Positions 40,458 to 50,554 of a stretch of 64,000 bases of DNA are shown here, piece by piece (position 1 is the first letter of the stretch; each line of letters opens with the position of its first letter). The notes under the pieces are model-generated. The model was not told the origin of the DNA. It worked only from the letters and a program-made list of their open reading frames with translations, and did no database searches. The stretch comes from Pelagomonas calceolata (Eukaryota), in NCBI GenBank assembly GCA_918797485.1, contig CAKKNE010000002.1, forward strand, positions 3,782,001 to 3,846,000, given 5' to 3'. The translations under genes were made by a program, and so were the position numbers.

Positions 40458-41921
40458 CTAGTCCGTCGAGCTGCTCTCCGTCTCCGACTCGGTGTCCGAG
40501 GAGTCGCCGAAGACGTCGTACGTGTTCGCGAGGACGTTGTAGTCTTCCACGAGGTCGTCGTGCGAGCCCAAATTCGCGGCGCATATCTCGGCCGCGCGCC
40601 GCGCGCCCGTAGGGTTACCCGCGTCGGGACCCACACGCAGCTGCGCGAGCGCCCCGACGACAAAGAGGTCCTCGTCGCCCCAGCGTAAGGAGTCGTCGAC
40701 GGCCGGCAGACAGGACACGACGGGCAGGGCCAATCGTTTCGCCGTGTCGCGCAGGAGCGGGATCGTCCCGCAGTCGAGCTGGGACCCGGTAGCCAAAATA
40801 ATTTTCGTCGCCACGAGCGGCTCCGATTTATTAAATGCGACGCGGTGCGCGCCGTCTACTTCCTGAACGTCGCAGACCTCATCGACAAAATGCGCTATGG
40901 CGCCCCGGTCCTCGGCCGTCTTCAGCAAATCGAGGTAGTACTGCGGCACCGTCGCGCCGCCCCGCGCCTTCGCCACGAACGCTCTCCTCTCCTCGAGCGG
41001 CGCGCCCTTGAACTCGTAGAGGCGGCGCCGCGCGCTTCCTTTGCCCGTCGACCGGCGGTTCATCCAGTCCAGTTCCAGGTCGTAGGTCCGCGTGCAGAGC
41101 TTCCGGCGCGAGCAGAGCACGACCCGCCCCGCGCCGCGCTTCGCCGCCCGGAGCGCCGCCTGCGCGGCGGAGAGGCCGCCGCCCACGACGAGGACGGTGT
41201 CCTTCGACCCGAAATCTAGGTCCCGCAGCGCCCGCCAGTCGTTCGAGTGGACGATCGTCGGAGCGAGGGCGAACTGCGGCGGCACGCAGGGCGTCGTCGC
41301 GGCCCCGAGCGCGAAGACGACGGCCCGCGTCCTGACGGACGCGTCGCCGACGGCCACGGCGTAGCCCCCTTCACTACGTTTCTCGACAGCAGACGCCTCG
41401 CCCCGGAGCATGGCGTGGGGCAGGGTTTTGGATAGATCGCAGCAGAAGTCGCTGAAGAGGCCCGCGCCTGGCAGCCGGAACAACCCCGCGTTCACCTCGG
41501 TGAGGCGCCGCAGCGACGTCGTCGTGAAGTCGTCGATACTATGAATCTCGGCCTCGCGGCCGCGGCGCCACGCGTACTCCTGCAGGGCCGCTTCACTAAA
41601 AAAGTCCGGGTGCGCCCAGGCCGGCGACCGCAGCAGCGCGATATCCAGGGCGTCGAACCTCCCCCTCCACTCGTGGAGGAACGCGCCGGCCGGGTCGACG
41701 ACACAGACCTTGAGTGCCTCGCGCTCGCTCTTCTTAATACGGTTTTGACGACTGCGCGCCTGCATCGTCGCCTGCTGCTCGTCCGTCAAATTGCCCTCCT
41801 GAGCATGGAGAGCGCTAAGGAGCGCGAGGCCGCACGGCCCGGCGCCTGCGATAACCACGTCGTAGTTCGTCCCCGCGTCGAATTCCGTCGCCGCGGCGCA
41901 GGATGCGCAGTTTGCTGCCAT
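40458..41921 (-). CDS. FAD/NAD(P)-binding oxidoreductase (class B flavin monooxygenase-like)
   Basis: GAGPCG, LRSP..HP, VVGGGLSAAQ, ILATG, LFVVGALA.L.VGP.A.N..GAR. Confidence 0.8.
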   Translation of the reverse strand: MAANCASCAAATEFDAGTNYDVVIAGAGPCGLALLSALHAQEGNLTDEQQATMQARSRQNRIKKSEREALKVCVVDPAGAFLHEWRGRFDALDIALLRSPAWAHPDFFSEAALQEYAWRRGREAEIHSIDDFTTTSLRRLTEVNAGLFRLPGAGLFSDFCCDLSKTLPHAMLRGEASAVEKRSEGGYAVAVGDASVRTRAVVFALGAATTPCVPPQFALAPTIVHSNDWRALRDLDFGSKDTVLVVGGGLSAAQAALRAAKRGAGRVVLCSRRKLCTRTYDLELDWMNRRSTGKGSARRRLYEFKGAPLEERRAFVAKARGGATVPQYYLDLLKTAEDRGAIAHFVDEVCDVQEVDGAHRVAFNKSEPLVATKIILATGSQLDCGTIPLLRDTAKRLALPVVSCLPAVDDSLRWGDEDLFVVGALAQLRVGPDAGNPTGARRAAEICAANLGSHDDLVEDYNVLANTYDVFGDSSDTESETESSSTD

Positions 41922-42448
41922 CTTGCACGTAGAGGATGTATTTAGCGTCGCGTGCGCGGTTTTTTGAGAAGTGTCTTAAATACCCTGGTGCTCTTCGCAC
42001 AGCTATCGCGGCGACCCAAATTTTGGTAGGCGGGGAAATAACCTTAACAGGTGCTGGTTTGCCCCTGTGTCGTGCTGTTTCGCAACGTCTGTGCAGACCC
42101 CGATTTCGAACCGTGTGACAGAGGAGAGCGCCAACCTAGTGGCCTGTAAGACACTAGAAAAACGCACGTCTACCACGTACCACCCCGTTCGCGCATCCTC
42201 GTAGACCCCTCGCCCGAGCGGAAGTCTCATTTTAGTAGGATTACGACGGAGTCATCAATATAATCCGCGCATTTGTTGAGGTCCCCATTTTGAGCCACCA
42301 GAACCAAGGCGTAAGCTGGTCTGGTGGCTGAATCGAGGGCAGTGGGACCAGCGTCGGACCGGCGGGGCTGCCCCCCCGGCCGCGTGCCCGGCGCCGCGGC
42401 TGCGCTTGCCCGGCAATTGCCGAGCAAAGCGGCACGTGGAGTGAGATC

Positions 42449-42904
42449 ATGTGCGGCTGCATCCCGCTGCCGAGCTGGGCCGGCGGGAGCGCCAAGGACG
42501 ACGCCCCGCCGACGCAACGCCAGGAGCGCGTTGAGAGATATGTGGAGGAGCTCCGGCGCGAGCGCGGCTTGTCCGCCGACGAGGAGGAGCGCCGGCTCGA
42601 AGAACGGCTCGCGGAGCTGGAGGCGAAGCACGCGGAGGCGCTCCGCGCGGGCGACGCCGGGCGCCTCGCGGATCTGGAGGGCGCGATTGCCGATCTGGAG
42701 CGGAAGCTCGAGGTCGACGCCGCCGCCTACACCCCGGAGCCGCGCAAGAGCTTCATCCCGAGCCTGGGGTCCATCGGCGAGACCAACTCGTTCGAGACGC
42801 CGCCGCCCCTGCGGCCGCAGCACTCGGGCGAGACGCTCGACGAGGTGAGCAGCCACGTCGACGCGCGGCGGAGCCGTCGGTCCCGGGACTCGGCCGACGA
42901 ATGA
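42449..42904 (+). CDS. Small coiled-coil hypothetical protein
   Basis: 151-aa ATG ORF with heptad-rich E/R/L/A central region. Confidence 0.55.
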   Translation: MCGCIPLPSWAGGSAKDDAPPTQRQERVERYVEELRRERGLSADEEERRLEERLAELEAKHAEALRAGDAGRLADLEGAIADLERKLEVDAAAYTPEPRKSFIPSLGSIGETNSFETPPPLRPQHSGETLDEVSSHVDARRSRRSRDSADE

Positions 42905-43270
42905 CGCGCGCCGTGCCGCATCGAACATCGAAAGAAGCGACGACGGAGGCACCATGACGCCCGGCGACGCCTACTGGGTAGGCGTCGCCCGGCCGAGGAA
43001 ACCCGCACCCACCCCCTGTCGTCGTGTCGCATCGTACCATCGTAAATAGAACTGCCTGTTAGCTACTTATGCATCCAACCCGAGCGGCGCCGCGTCCGGA
43101 ACCCGACCGCCGGGCGCTGCGATACCTACTTGCAAGGCGACGGCGTTTTCGCGGCGATAGCGTGAGTAGCTATTCCACCGGTAAGCCGTCGCGGCGATGG
43201 CGTCGCAGCACGCCGTCGCGGCGACGTCGGCTCGAAGCGCGACGGGAAGACAGGGACAGATAAGGGCTCC

Positions 43271-45844
43271 TTACGCGCCCGCCTCCGCCGCGTTCCAGGG
43301 GTCCACGAGCTGGTCGTCGGGCGCGCCCGGGCCCGGGCTCCGCACGCGCCCGTCGCGGTACCGCTCGCCGTCGTCCGGCGCGGGCCGCAGCGGCGGCAGC
43401 GACGCGTGCGCGGCCGGGTCCGCGCCGTCCAACGACTTGGGCATGCGGAAGCCGCCGCGCATGACGTACTCGGGGTCGTCCTTCTCGCGGTGCTGTTTCT
43501 TCGGCGTGGCCGGCTTCTCCGCGCGCGCGCGGTCCGACCGCACCTTCTCGCCCTTGGACCGCTTCGTGGGAAGCGGCCGGTTGCAGGCGACGCAGGTCGG
43601 GACGTTCTGGGAGTGCTTTAAGGCGCTCTTCTCGGTCACCAGGACCTGGTCGTGCTTCGTCAGCCCCGTCCGCAGGGCGTGGTGACATTTTTCGAAGAAC
43701 AATTCTCGAGCTTTCAACTGCAACGGCGTCACGACGTCATTACTTCCAGCTAAAGCTTTCACGCGCCGCTCCGTGTCCGAGATCCAGGCCTCCATCTCTT
43801 TTTGCGCTTGGTCGGCGACGTGGTGGTCCCCGAACGGGTCGTCCGCGGGCCGGTCCATCATCTGCTGGCCCACGGCCCATCTATCTACGCGACCAGCAAT
43901 AAAGGCGGACATCTCCAACGTAGAAGACGCGATGGCCATGATTGCTTCTTGCGACAGGTCGGGGATGTGGTTCTTCGCATTACATAGCTTCTCGAATTCA
44001 AAACAGGCTTTGGCCACGCCGATGGCCTCGTTGTCCATGAACTTCTGCTGCTGTTCCGGTGGTCTCGAAGCCATCGATCCCGCCATGCCCGGTTTGTTGA
44101 CGCCAGGAATCCCGGTCGGATCGTCGTCCTCGACCACAGCGACGATCTCCTGCAGCTTCTCGGTCGCCTTCTTCTGGTCCGCCTGCATGACCTTCACCTG
44201 GTCCCGGACGCGCTGTTCCTGCTCTTGCGCTTTATTCTCGGCCTCGGCGATCTGCTGCTCCATCTCCTTCGCGTACTCCGCAGCTTCTTCCTGCATCTGG
44301 ACGATTTTTTGGGCCTCCTCCTTGGCTTGTTCTTGCACTTGCACGAGTTCCTGCTGCTTCTGTTCTTGCTTTTGGACCGTCTTCGTTATATTATTGATAG
44401 AAGCCTCGATGGCCTGGTGTTGCGCCTGCGCGGCCTTCATGTCCTTCAGACCCTGTTTCAGTTCTTCGGCCATGGCCGCGCCTTCCTGAATAGTAGTTCG
44501 TATGCTATCAACCTCTTCATCAAGATAGTCCAGCTTGTCCGGCATATCACGTGTGAGGTCGTCGACGTGCGTGACTTGCTGCTTCGTGTAGTCGAGTAAC
44601 TCACTCACTTCGTCCAAGCGATCGTCCGTCGCCTTCTGGGCGCCGCGCGCCGCCGTGAAATTCCCTATTCTCTCCTCCCGCTCCCGCTTGTTCTGGAACT
44701 CGCAGACCTCCACTCTATGCACTGTGTCTTCGAGTTTATCAGAGACCTTCTGCCTCGTACTGATCTCGTCGCCGAGATCGTCATCCAATTTTTGAATGCG
44801 CTCTTGACATACCTGTATGTCGCAGTCCGTGCCCTTGGCGTGTTCCTCTAAATCTTCAGTGCGCTTCTCGTTCGTGTTCACTTGCGCCTCGAGTAATTGC
44901 AATCTAGTTTCCGCTTCGGCAGCTTTTTCATCATGTCTTGCTAGTCGTTCATTGGTCATTTTGACCAGGTTATCGACGACCTCGATGTTCGCCTGGACCT
45001 TCTTCTCGGCGGCGTCCAGTCTTACCACAACGTCGTGCAGCACGGCTTGGAGTTGTAGCGTTTGGCCATTGACCGTTTGGAATTCTCGTTTCGCATACAG
45101 GTTGTTCTCGTGCGTGGCCTGCATCGCGTCCTCCATGCTGCGATTGACCGTCATCCTGAATTCATTGAAGACATTGTAGTTCTCGCCAATTTTATCTTCG
45201 AGCACTTGTTGCCTGCCAGAATTCACTTGCGTGAAATTCGCCTGCCAGATGCCGAAGTTGCCGATCTGGTCCTTGAGCCGCTGATCAAACCGCCGCTCCA
45301 TCTGCTGTTGTAGGTTGACAAGGGTAGCTTTCAGTTTTTTGGACCGCTCCCGCACGTAATCTTTCAACTGTTCTACATCTTCATACGCGGGCGCGCAGGC
45401 CTGCTTGTTCTCGAAGTTGTCCAGCCTTCCTTTGAGTTGGTTGAACTGCGCCAGCTGGAAGGGGTCCGGCGTCTGCAGAGCCGCCTCTTTTTCGGTGCGA
45501 CAGACGCTCTTTTTGATAGCGTCCATGTCCTGCTCGATCTGGTCGTCTTTGACATTCGTCACGCTCATCAGGTCGCCGACCACATCAGTCAAGGAAGAAA
45601 ACCCTTGATCCAATTTGTCCATCCGCTTCAGCTTCTCGGAGACGTCGGCGACCCACGGCGGCGGCGTCTTCAGGTCGTCCTGCAGCTTCGCGATGGCGCC
45701 GCCCATCCGCGCGATCACGTCAAATAACTTCGACGCGTCAATACCTATCGTCTGGTCCGTCGGGAGGCGGATGCCGCTGCTGCCCGGGAAGTGCGTCGCC
45801 ACCTCTAGCGGGGTGGTGGCGGCGGCGGCCTCATCCTGGGCCAT
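43271..45844 (-). CDS. Long coiled-coil protein with C-terminal CxxCxRP motif (QRICH2/DUF4795-like)
   Basis: 857 aa, mostly coiled coil; CVACNRPL and YVMRGGF near the C-terminus. Confidence 0.75.
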   Translation of the reverse strand: MAQDEAAAATTPLEVATHFPGSSGIRLPTDQTIGIDASKLFDVIARMGGAIAKLQDDLKTPPPWVADVSEKLKRMDKLDQGFSSLTDVVGDLMSVTNVKDDQIEQDMDAIKKSVCRTEKEAALQTPDPFQLAQFNQLKGRLDNFENKQACAPAYEDVEQLKDYVRERSKKLKATLVNLQQQMERRFDQRLKDQIGNFGIWQANFTQVNSGRQQVLEDKIGENYNVFNEFRMTVNRSMEDAMQATHENNLYAKREFQTVNGQTLQLQAVLHDVVVRLDAAEKKVQANIEVVDNLVKMTNERLARHDEKAAEAETRLQLLEAQVNTNEKRTEDLEEHAKGTDCDIQVCQERIQKLDDDLGDEISTRQKVSDKLEDTVHRVEVCEFQNKREREERIGNFTAARGAQKATDDRLDEVSELLDYTKQQVTHVDDLTRDMPDKLDYLDEEVDSIRTTIQEGAAMAEELKQGLKDMKAAQAQHQAIEASINNITKTVQKQEQKQQELVQVQEQAKEEAQKIVQMQEEAAEYAKEMEQQIAEAENKAQEQEQRVRDQVKVMQADQKKATEKLQEIVAVVEDDDPTGIPGVNKPGMAGSMASRPPEQQQKFMDNEAIGVAKACFEFEKLCNAKNHIPDLSQEAIMAIASSTLEMSAFIAGRVDRWAVGQQMMDRPADDPFGDHHVADQAQKEMEAWISDTERRVKALAGSNDVVTPLQLKARELFFEKCHHALRTGLTKHDQVLVTEKSALKHSQNVPTCVACNRPLPTKRSKGEKVRSDRARAEKPATPKKQHREKDDPEYVMRGGFRMPKSLDGADPAAHASLPPLRPAPDDGERYRDGRVRSPGPGAPDDQLVDPWNAAEAGA

Positions 45845-46243
45845 GGGCTCGTGGGGCGCAGGGCAGCCTTGCGCCCTCGCGCGGCAGCCTTGCTATGGTC
45901 ACGGAGTGGTGCGCACCGCGCAGGCGCGAGAGGCCGGCGGCGCTGCTCTCCGTACTTTCGGGCTAGTAGGGGCTAGTGGATCTGGAAGCATCAGAAGGAG
46001 GGCCATCGTTGGCGAGCGTCTTGGAGACGGCTTGGTCGATTTTTTCTATAATTAGTGACAGGTTAAGTCGCGCGCGGGCGCGACGCGTAGTTATTGGCGT
46101 ACCAACGGACGGAGACGGACGACGATAGCGGCGCATTTGACGACGGTCCTCGCCCCCAACCACGGCCTTTGGACGCCGCGCGCGCCTGGCAAAAGACGTC
46201 CGCGACCCGCGTCGTTTGTTTACAAAATTCGTCCCGCGGTCGT

Positions 46244-46489
46244 CTATACGTTGTTATCTTTCACCTCGTCGGTGCCCGGCAGCCCGGGCGTTTCCTTCGA
46301 CGACTGCGTCAGCAGGCCCATCGCGTGCGCGGTCGCGAAACAACTGAGGAGCCATGCGACCGCTGCGATGAAGTACAACGCGTCGATGTGGCTCGAGAGT
46401 CCCTCGAGCAGCGCGGCGACGGCCCAGGCGAGACTCGCTACGAACTGCATCGCGAGGCTGAAGAGCTCGCTGCTGTCCCTGGTACCCAT
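46244..46489 (-). CDS. Small two-TM hypothetical protein
   Basis: 81-aa ATG ORF with two hydrophobic helices, each containing A(L/V)AW-like motifs. Confidence 0.45.
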   Translation of the reverse strand: MGTRDSSELFSLAMQFVASLAWAVAALLEGLSSHIDALYFIAAVAWLLSCFATAHAMGLLTQSSKETPGLPGTDEVKDNNV

Positions 46490-47888
46490 TGTGTTAGATC
46501 ACGCGCACGAGCAGAGCAGTGCACCGTGCAGTGCACAGGGCTCAATGCAAAAAAGGTCTCGTGCGCGCGTTTCTTGGGCTCGCAGCAACGCGTCGTAGCC
46601 GAAATCGATCCGACACGGATGGCTTTGGCAGAAATAGCTTTGCTAGGACACAGTAGCAGCGCGTTCAACCTGATTAGCTTGCTAGTGTCTTTAACATACT
46701 AGCCATCCTATTTTCGTGATGATATTTGTATCTAGACCCCTCAGGTTTTTGATTGATGTGTGTTAAGGTTGATCTTTGATGTATTTTTGCGTTTTCCTCC
46801 CCCTCCTACCCCTTCCCCCCTTTTTCCCTTCCACTAGTCCGACCCACGTGTTTTTGTTGAGGTGGCCTGGATGCGATCTCAAGCAGAGACTGATAGGACA
46901 CCTCGGCTGCAGTCAAGCCAGCCCCATCTCTACCAGTCAGTCCGAGAATGAAAACGAAATGTACATGAAATGATTTCCGCTCTTTTGATCTTCAGTTCTG
47001 CGTCGATTCACGATCAGACTGGGGTTGTGAAATAAACCACAGCACCAGTTTCGATTGTCACAATTCGACCGATGCTTTGAAATCAAGCACATCACAAGAA
47101 CTAGGTAAGTCAATTGAGTGAGTATCATGCAGGTGTGCGTGTTTGAATCTCTCTTCTGACACATGGACACCGACAATGAATGATGATACAACTTCCACAT
47201 GCTCAAGATTCATGGACTCAGACCAACAGATCTCCAGCATACTATTGCATGTCTGCGATGCATGGAGGATCGACAGAGATCAAAGCCGCCGGCCATGGGT
47301 GATGATCATAGCCATTATCGCGAAGCAAATAGTATATCCAGGGCTCTGAGCGCCAGTACTAACCAGGGCGGCCGCGCATAGGCCGTATGTTAGTCCCCAC
47401 CGCCCAGAGACCATCCCTCAAGGCCTCAAGGGCCGTCTCTTTTCTCGCTTGGATGGCGGCCTTGAGGCGCGGCATCGTCTTGGCCCCTCTGCCAGGTATC
47501 TAATTCTAAATGCCGAAACCTGTGCTTCCCTGAGCTGGCGAGCAAGCGGCGTTACCCTACAAGCCATTAAATACCTACGTACACAGCGAAACCTACTAGC
47601 CCTAACCTAGATAAGTAGTAACATGCATAGGGTAATAGAGTGTGTAGCTCCGCACTTCCCCGGCAGCGTAGTGTAGTCGCTGCATCAGCGAGCTGCTACT
47701 CAAGCCGCACTCTCCAAGCAACGGCGTCCACATCCGTGCGCATCGCTGCATACTTGGTCATTGCAGCCCGATCGCCTTACTTTCCATTTGCGCCCGTCCC
47801 CGGCTCCGGACCGCCGACGCCCGTCCAGTCTGGACCAAAAGTGAACCCCTAGGACACCGCAAAACACGCACACGACGCCAACGCACCC

Positions 47889-49793
47889 ATGTCGAACGGC
47901 GCCGCGACCCAGATGAACGAGATCATGCAGGCCGGCCTCAACAAGGCCGCCGATTTGTTGGACAAGGAGGAGTTCGACGAAGCAGCAAAAGCGGCCGACG
48001 ACGTGTTATTAGGCGCGCGGCTCTCCGTATTGTCAAAGTGCGCGTTGTTGCGAGGCCGCGCCATCCTGGGGCCGCTCATGAAACGCTTAGAAGATGACAA
48101 CGAGACGGACCCGACGGAGACGGAGTTCCGGGAGGCCTGGGTCATGTTCCAGCTCGCTTTGAGGTTTGTGCCCGAGAACGAAGAGGCCCAAGAAGGCCTC
48201 AAATTATTATCGGGCGTCGTGAGCGACCTGCCCGAAGAAGAGGTCACGTTCGAGCCGAACCACGGCGAGGACTTAGATGTGATTATTGTTGGAGCGGGAG
48301 CCTCAGGCATCGGCGTCGCCCTGATGTTGACGGGCTTATTCGGCTTAGAACCCGACCGGGTGCTCCTCGTGGATCGCGGAAATGTGGGAGAAACGTTTCG
48401 CAAGTGGCCCAAGGAGATGCGCTTCATCTCGCCGTCGTTCAACAGCCAGGGCTGGACGCAGTCGTTCGATCTGAACTCAGTCGCGTACGGCACGTCGCCG
48501 GCCTTCACGCTGCACGCGGAGCACCCGACGGGCAACCAGTACGCTGATTATCTGGAAGCTTTAGCTGAGACCAATGAGTTGAACGTCAAAACGGACACGG
48601 AAGTCGTGAGCGTAAAGCCCTTCGACGACGGGTTCGACATGGACGCCCAGACGCTGTCGGAGCAGAAGGCGGGCTTTGAGGTCGAAGTGCGACCCGCCAA
48701 AGGCGGCGTTTCTACCAAATTGCGGTCGAGGTTTGTGGTCTGGGCCGCCGGCGAATTCCAGTACCCGCGCGCGATGACCGAACCGCTCTTCCCCGGTTCG
48801 GAACTGTGTCGGCACAATTCGTCGGTCCGAAGCTGGTCCGACCTTGCTGGAGACGATTTCGTCGTGATCGGGGGCTACGAGAGCGGCATGGACGCCGCGT
48901 CGAACCTCTCGCAGTGCGGGAAGCGGTGCACGGTCGTGTCGTCGACGGCCTGCTGGGACGTGAGCACCGAGGACCCCTCGACGGAGTTGGCGCCCTACAC
49001 GTCCATGCGCATCCGGCAGGCCTGTGCTTCACCGAACCCGCCCAGACTCTTAGCGCCCTTGCGCGTCACTTCTGTCGAGAAGGACGACGACCAATACGTC
49101 GTCAAGGCGACGTGGGGCGCGCCCGTCGTCCATGAAGGTGGAGAGAGAAGAGAACCGGTGCAGTCCGCGGACATGGTCGCGGAGTTGGCGAAACTGAACC
49201 AGACCGAGGGCACGGAGTTCATCCTGAAAACGCCCCAACCGCCGTTACTCTGCGCGGGCTTCGCCGGATCCGTGAAACTCGGCGTCGCCAAGGACTTGTT
49301 CGCGTGGGGCGACCCGGCGAAGGAGCAGGGCTTCGAGGACCTGCCGGTCTTTGATGCGGAAAGCGCCCGCAAAGAAGCCAAGGGCATGAAGGTCGCGCAG
49401 CTGCGGGAGGAGTTGAAGGCCATGGGCCAGCCGACGGAGGGCACGAAGCCCGAACTCATCGAGCGGTTGGTGAGTGCGCACCAGGCCGAGGCCGACTCCG
49501 AGGACGAAGCGATGGAGGAGGCCAAGGGCTGCGCCGAGGGCGCGCCCTTGCTCAATAAATTGGACGAGTCGACGACGACGCCCGGCTTATTCCTCGTGGG
49601 GCCGGCGGTCCGCCACGGCGACCTCAGCTTCTGCTTCGTCTACAAGTTCCGCCAGCGCTTCGGGATTGTGGCCGACGCCATCGCCAAGGGTTTAGGAAGG
49701 GAGACGGCCGCGGCCGTGGACGCCGCGCGGGACATGAACATGTACCTCGACGACTTCGAGTGCTGCAAGGCGGCCTGCGGCGAGGCGTGCTAG
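47889..49793 (+). CDS. Bacterial-type NAD(P)/FAD-dependent oxidoreductase with inserted SAP domain and Cys-rich tail
   Basis: IIVGAGASG, RFISPSF, EHPTG, WAAGEFQYP, VIGGYESG, FCFVYKFRQRF, tail DDFECCKAACGEAC; SAP-like MKVAQLREELKAMGQPTEGTKPELIERL. Confidence 0.8.
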   Translation: MSNGAATQMNEIMQAGLNKAADLLDKEEFDEAAKAADDVLLGARLSVLSKCALLRGRAILGPLMKRLEDDNETDPTETEFREAWVMFQLALRFVPENEEAQEGLKLLSGVVSDLPEEEVTFEPNHGEDLDVIIVGAGASGIGVALMLTGLFGLEPDRVLLVDRGNVGETFRKWPKEMRFISPSFNSQGWTQSFDLNSVAYGTSPAFTLHAEHPTGNQYADYLEALAETNELNVKTDTEVVSVKPFDDGFDMDAQTLSEQKAGFEVEVRPAKGGVSTKLRSRFVVWAAGEFQYPRAMTEPLFPGSELCRHNSSVRSWSDLAGDDFVVIGGYESGMDAASNLSQCGKRCTVVSSTACWDVSTEDPSTELAPYTSMRIRQACASPNPPRLLAPLRVTSVEKDDDQYVVKATWGAPVVHEGGERREPVQSADMVAELAKLNQTEGTEFILKTPQPPLLCAGFAGSVKLGVAKDLFAWGDPAKEQGFEDLPVFDAESARKEAKGMKVAQLREELKAMGQPTEGTKPELIERLVSAHQAEADSEDEAMEEAKGCAEGAPLLNKLDESTTTPGLFLVGPAVRHGDLSFCFVYKFRQRFGIVADAIAKGLGRETAAAVDAARDMNMYLDDFECCKAACGEAC

Positions 49794-49879
49794 GAGTGTC
49801 CTCCTCCCCCAAGTCTAAGTTATATTTGCCTGTGAGCGCGCGGAGGGGTGCGGCTTGATAATGTGATGTTCTTGTTTTT

Positions 49880-50340
49880 ACTCAGTAGTAACCGACGTGG
49901 AACGCGTACTCGACGACGCGGCGGACCATCTCCGGCGGGAGACTTCGGTGGGCGAACTTAATATCGCTGCGAGGGCGTTGAGGTGGTTGTGCTCGTACTT
50001 TTTTATGCCGCCCGCGGCTCTCACTTTCTGGATGTACGCGTTGGTCGTTTCTGCGGGGAGGGCAGCGCCGGCGCGGAGGAGGATCGGGAAGAGGTGGCGC
50101 TTGGAGTAGCGAATTGCGTAGTCCAGGGGCATATCTCCCGCGTGATCTCTCGCGTTTAGATCGGCGCCGTTTCTGATGATCAGTAATACAACCTCGACGT
50201 CATCGTCTCGCTAACACGCAAAGAGAAGAGGCATTCTATTGTTGTTGTCGCCCCGGTTCACGTCGGCACCGGCTTCGAGCAGGGCGGCGACGAAGTCCGC
50301 GTTGCTGAAGCCGGCAGCGTAATGGAGCGGTGTCATCTGG
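49880..50340 (-). pseudogene. 5'-truncated ankyrin-repeat pseudogene, paralog of 28283-28963
   Basis: MTPLHYAAG...AALLEAGADVNRGD; in-frame TAG at 50211-50213; then PILLRAGAALPAETTNAY...NHLNALAA; frameshift before the C-terminus. Confidence 0.8.
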
Positions 50341-50368
50341 GGCCGATCGCGCACACAATCTCCGCGCG

Positions 50369-50521
50369 CCACCCACCTACCTACTACCCACCACCTACCC
50401 ACCCACCCACCACCCACCCACCCACCCACCCACCCACCCACCCACCCACCCACCACCCACCCACCCACACCCACCCACCCACCCACCACCCACCCACCCA
50501 CCCACCCACCCACCCACCCAC
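50369..50521. repeat. (CCCA)n/(TGGG)n microsatellite
   Basis: About 150 bp of imperfect CCCA tandem repeat. Confidence 0.95.
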
Positions 50522-50554
50522 GCACAAGGGAGGGAAGGGCGCCAGAGCAGGCGC

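Noticed and set aside
47500..47612. TPP riboswitch or telomerase-template-like sequence (CTGAG...TACCCT; CCCTAACC)
   Set aside because: Key conserved TPP elements are missing, and an 8-mer alone is insufficient.
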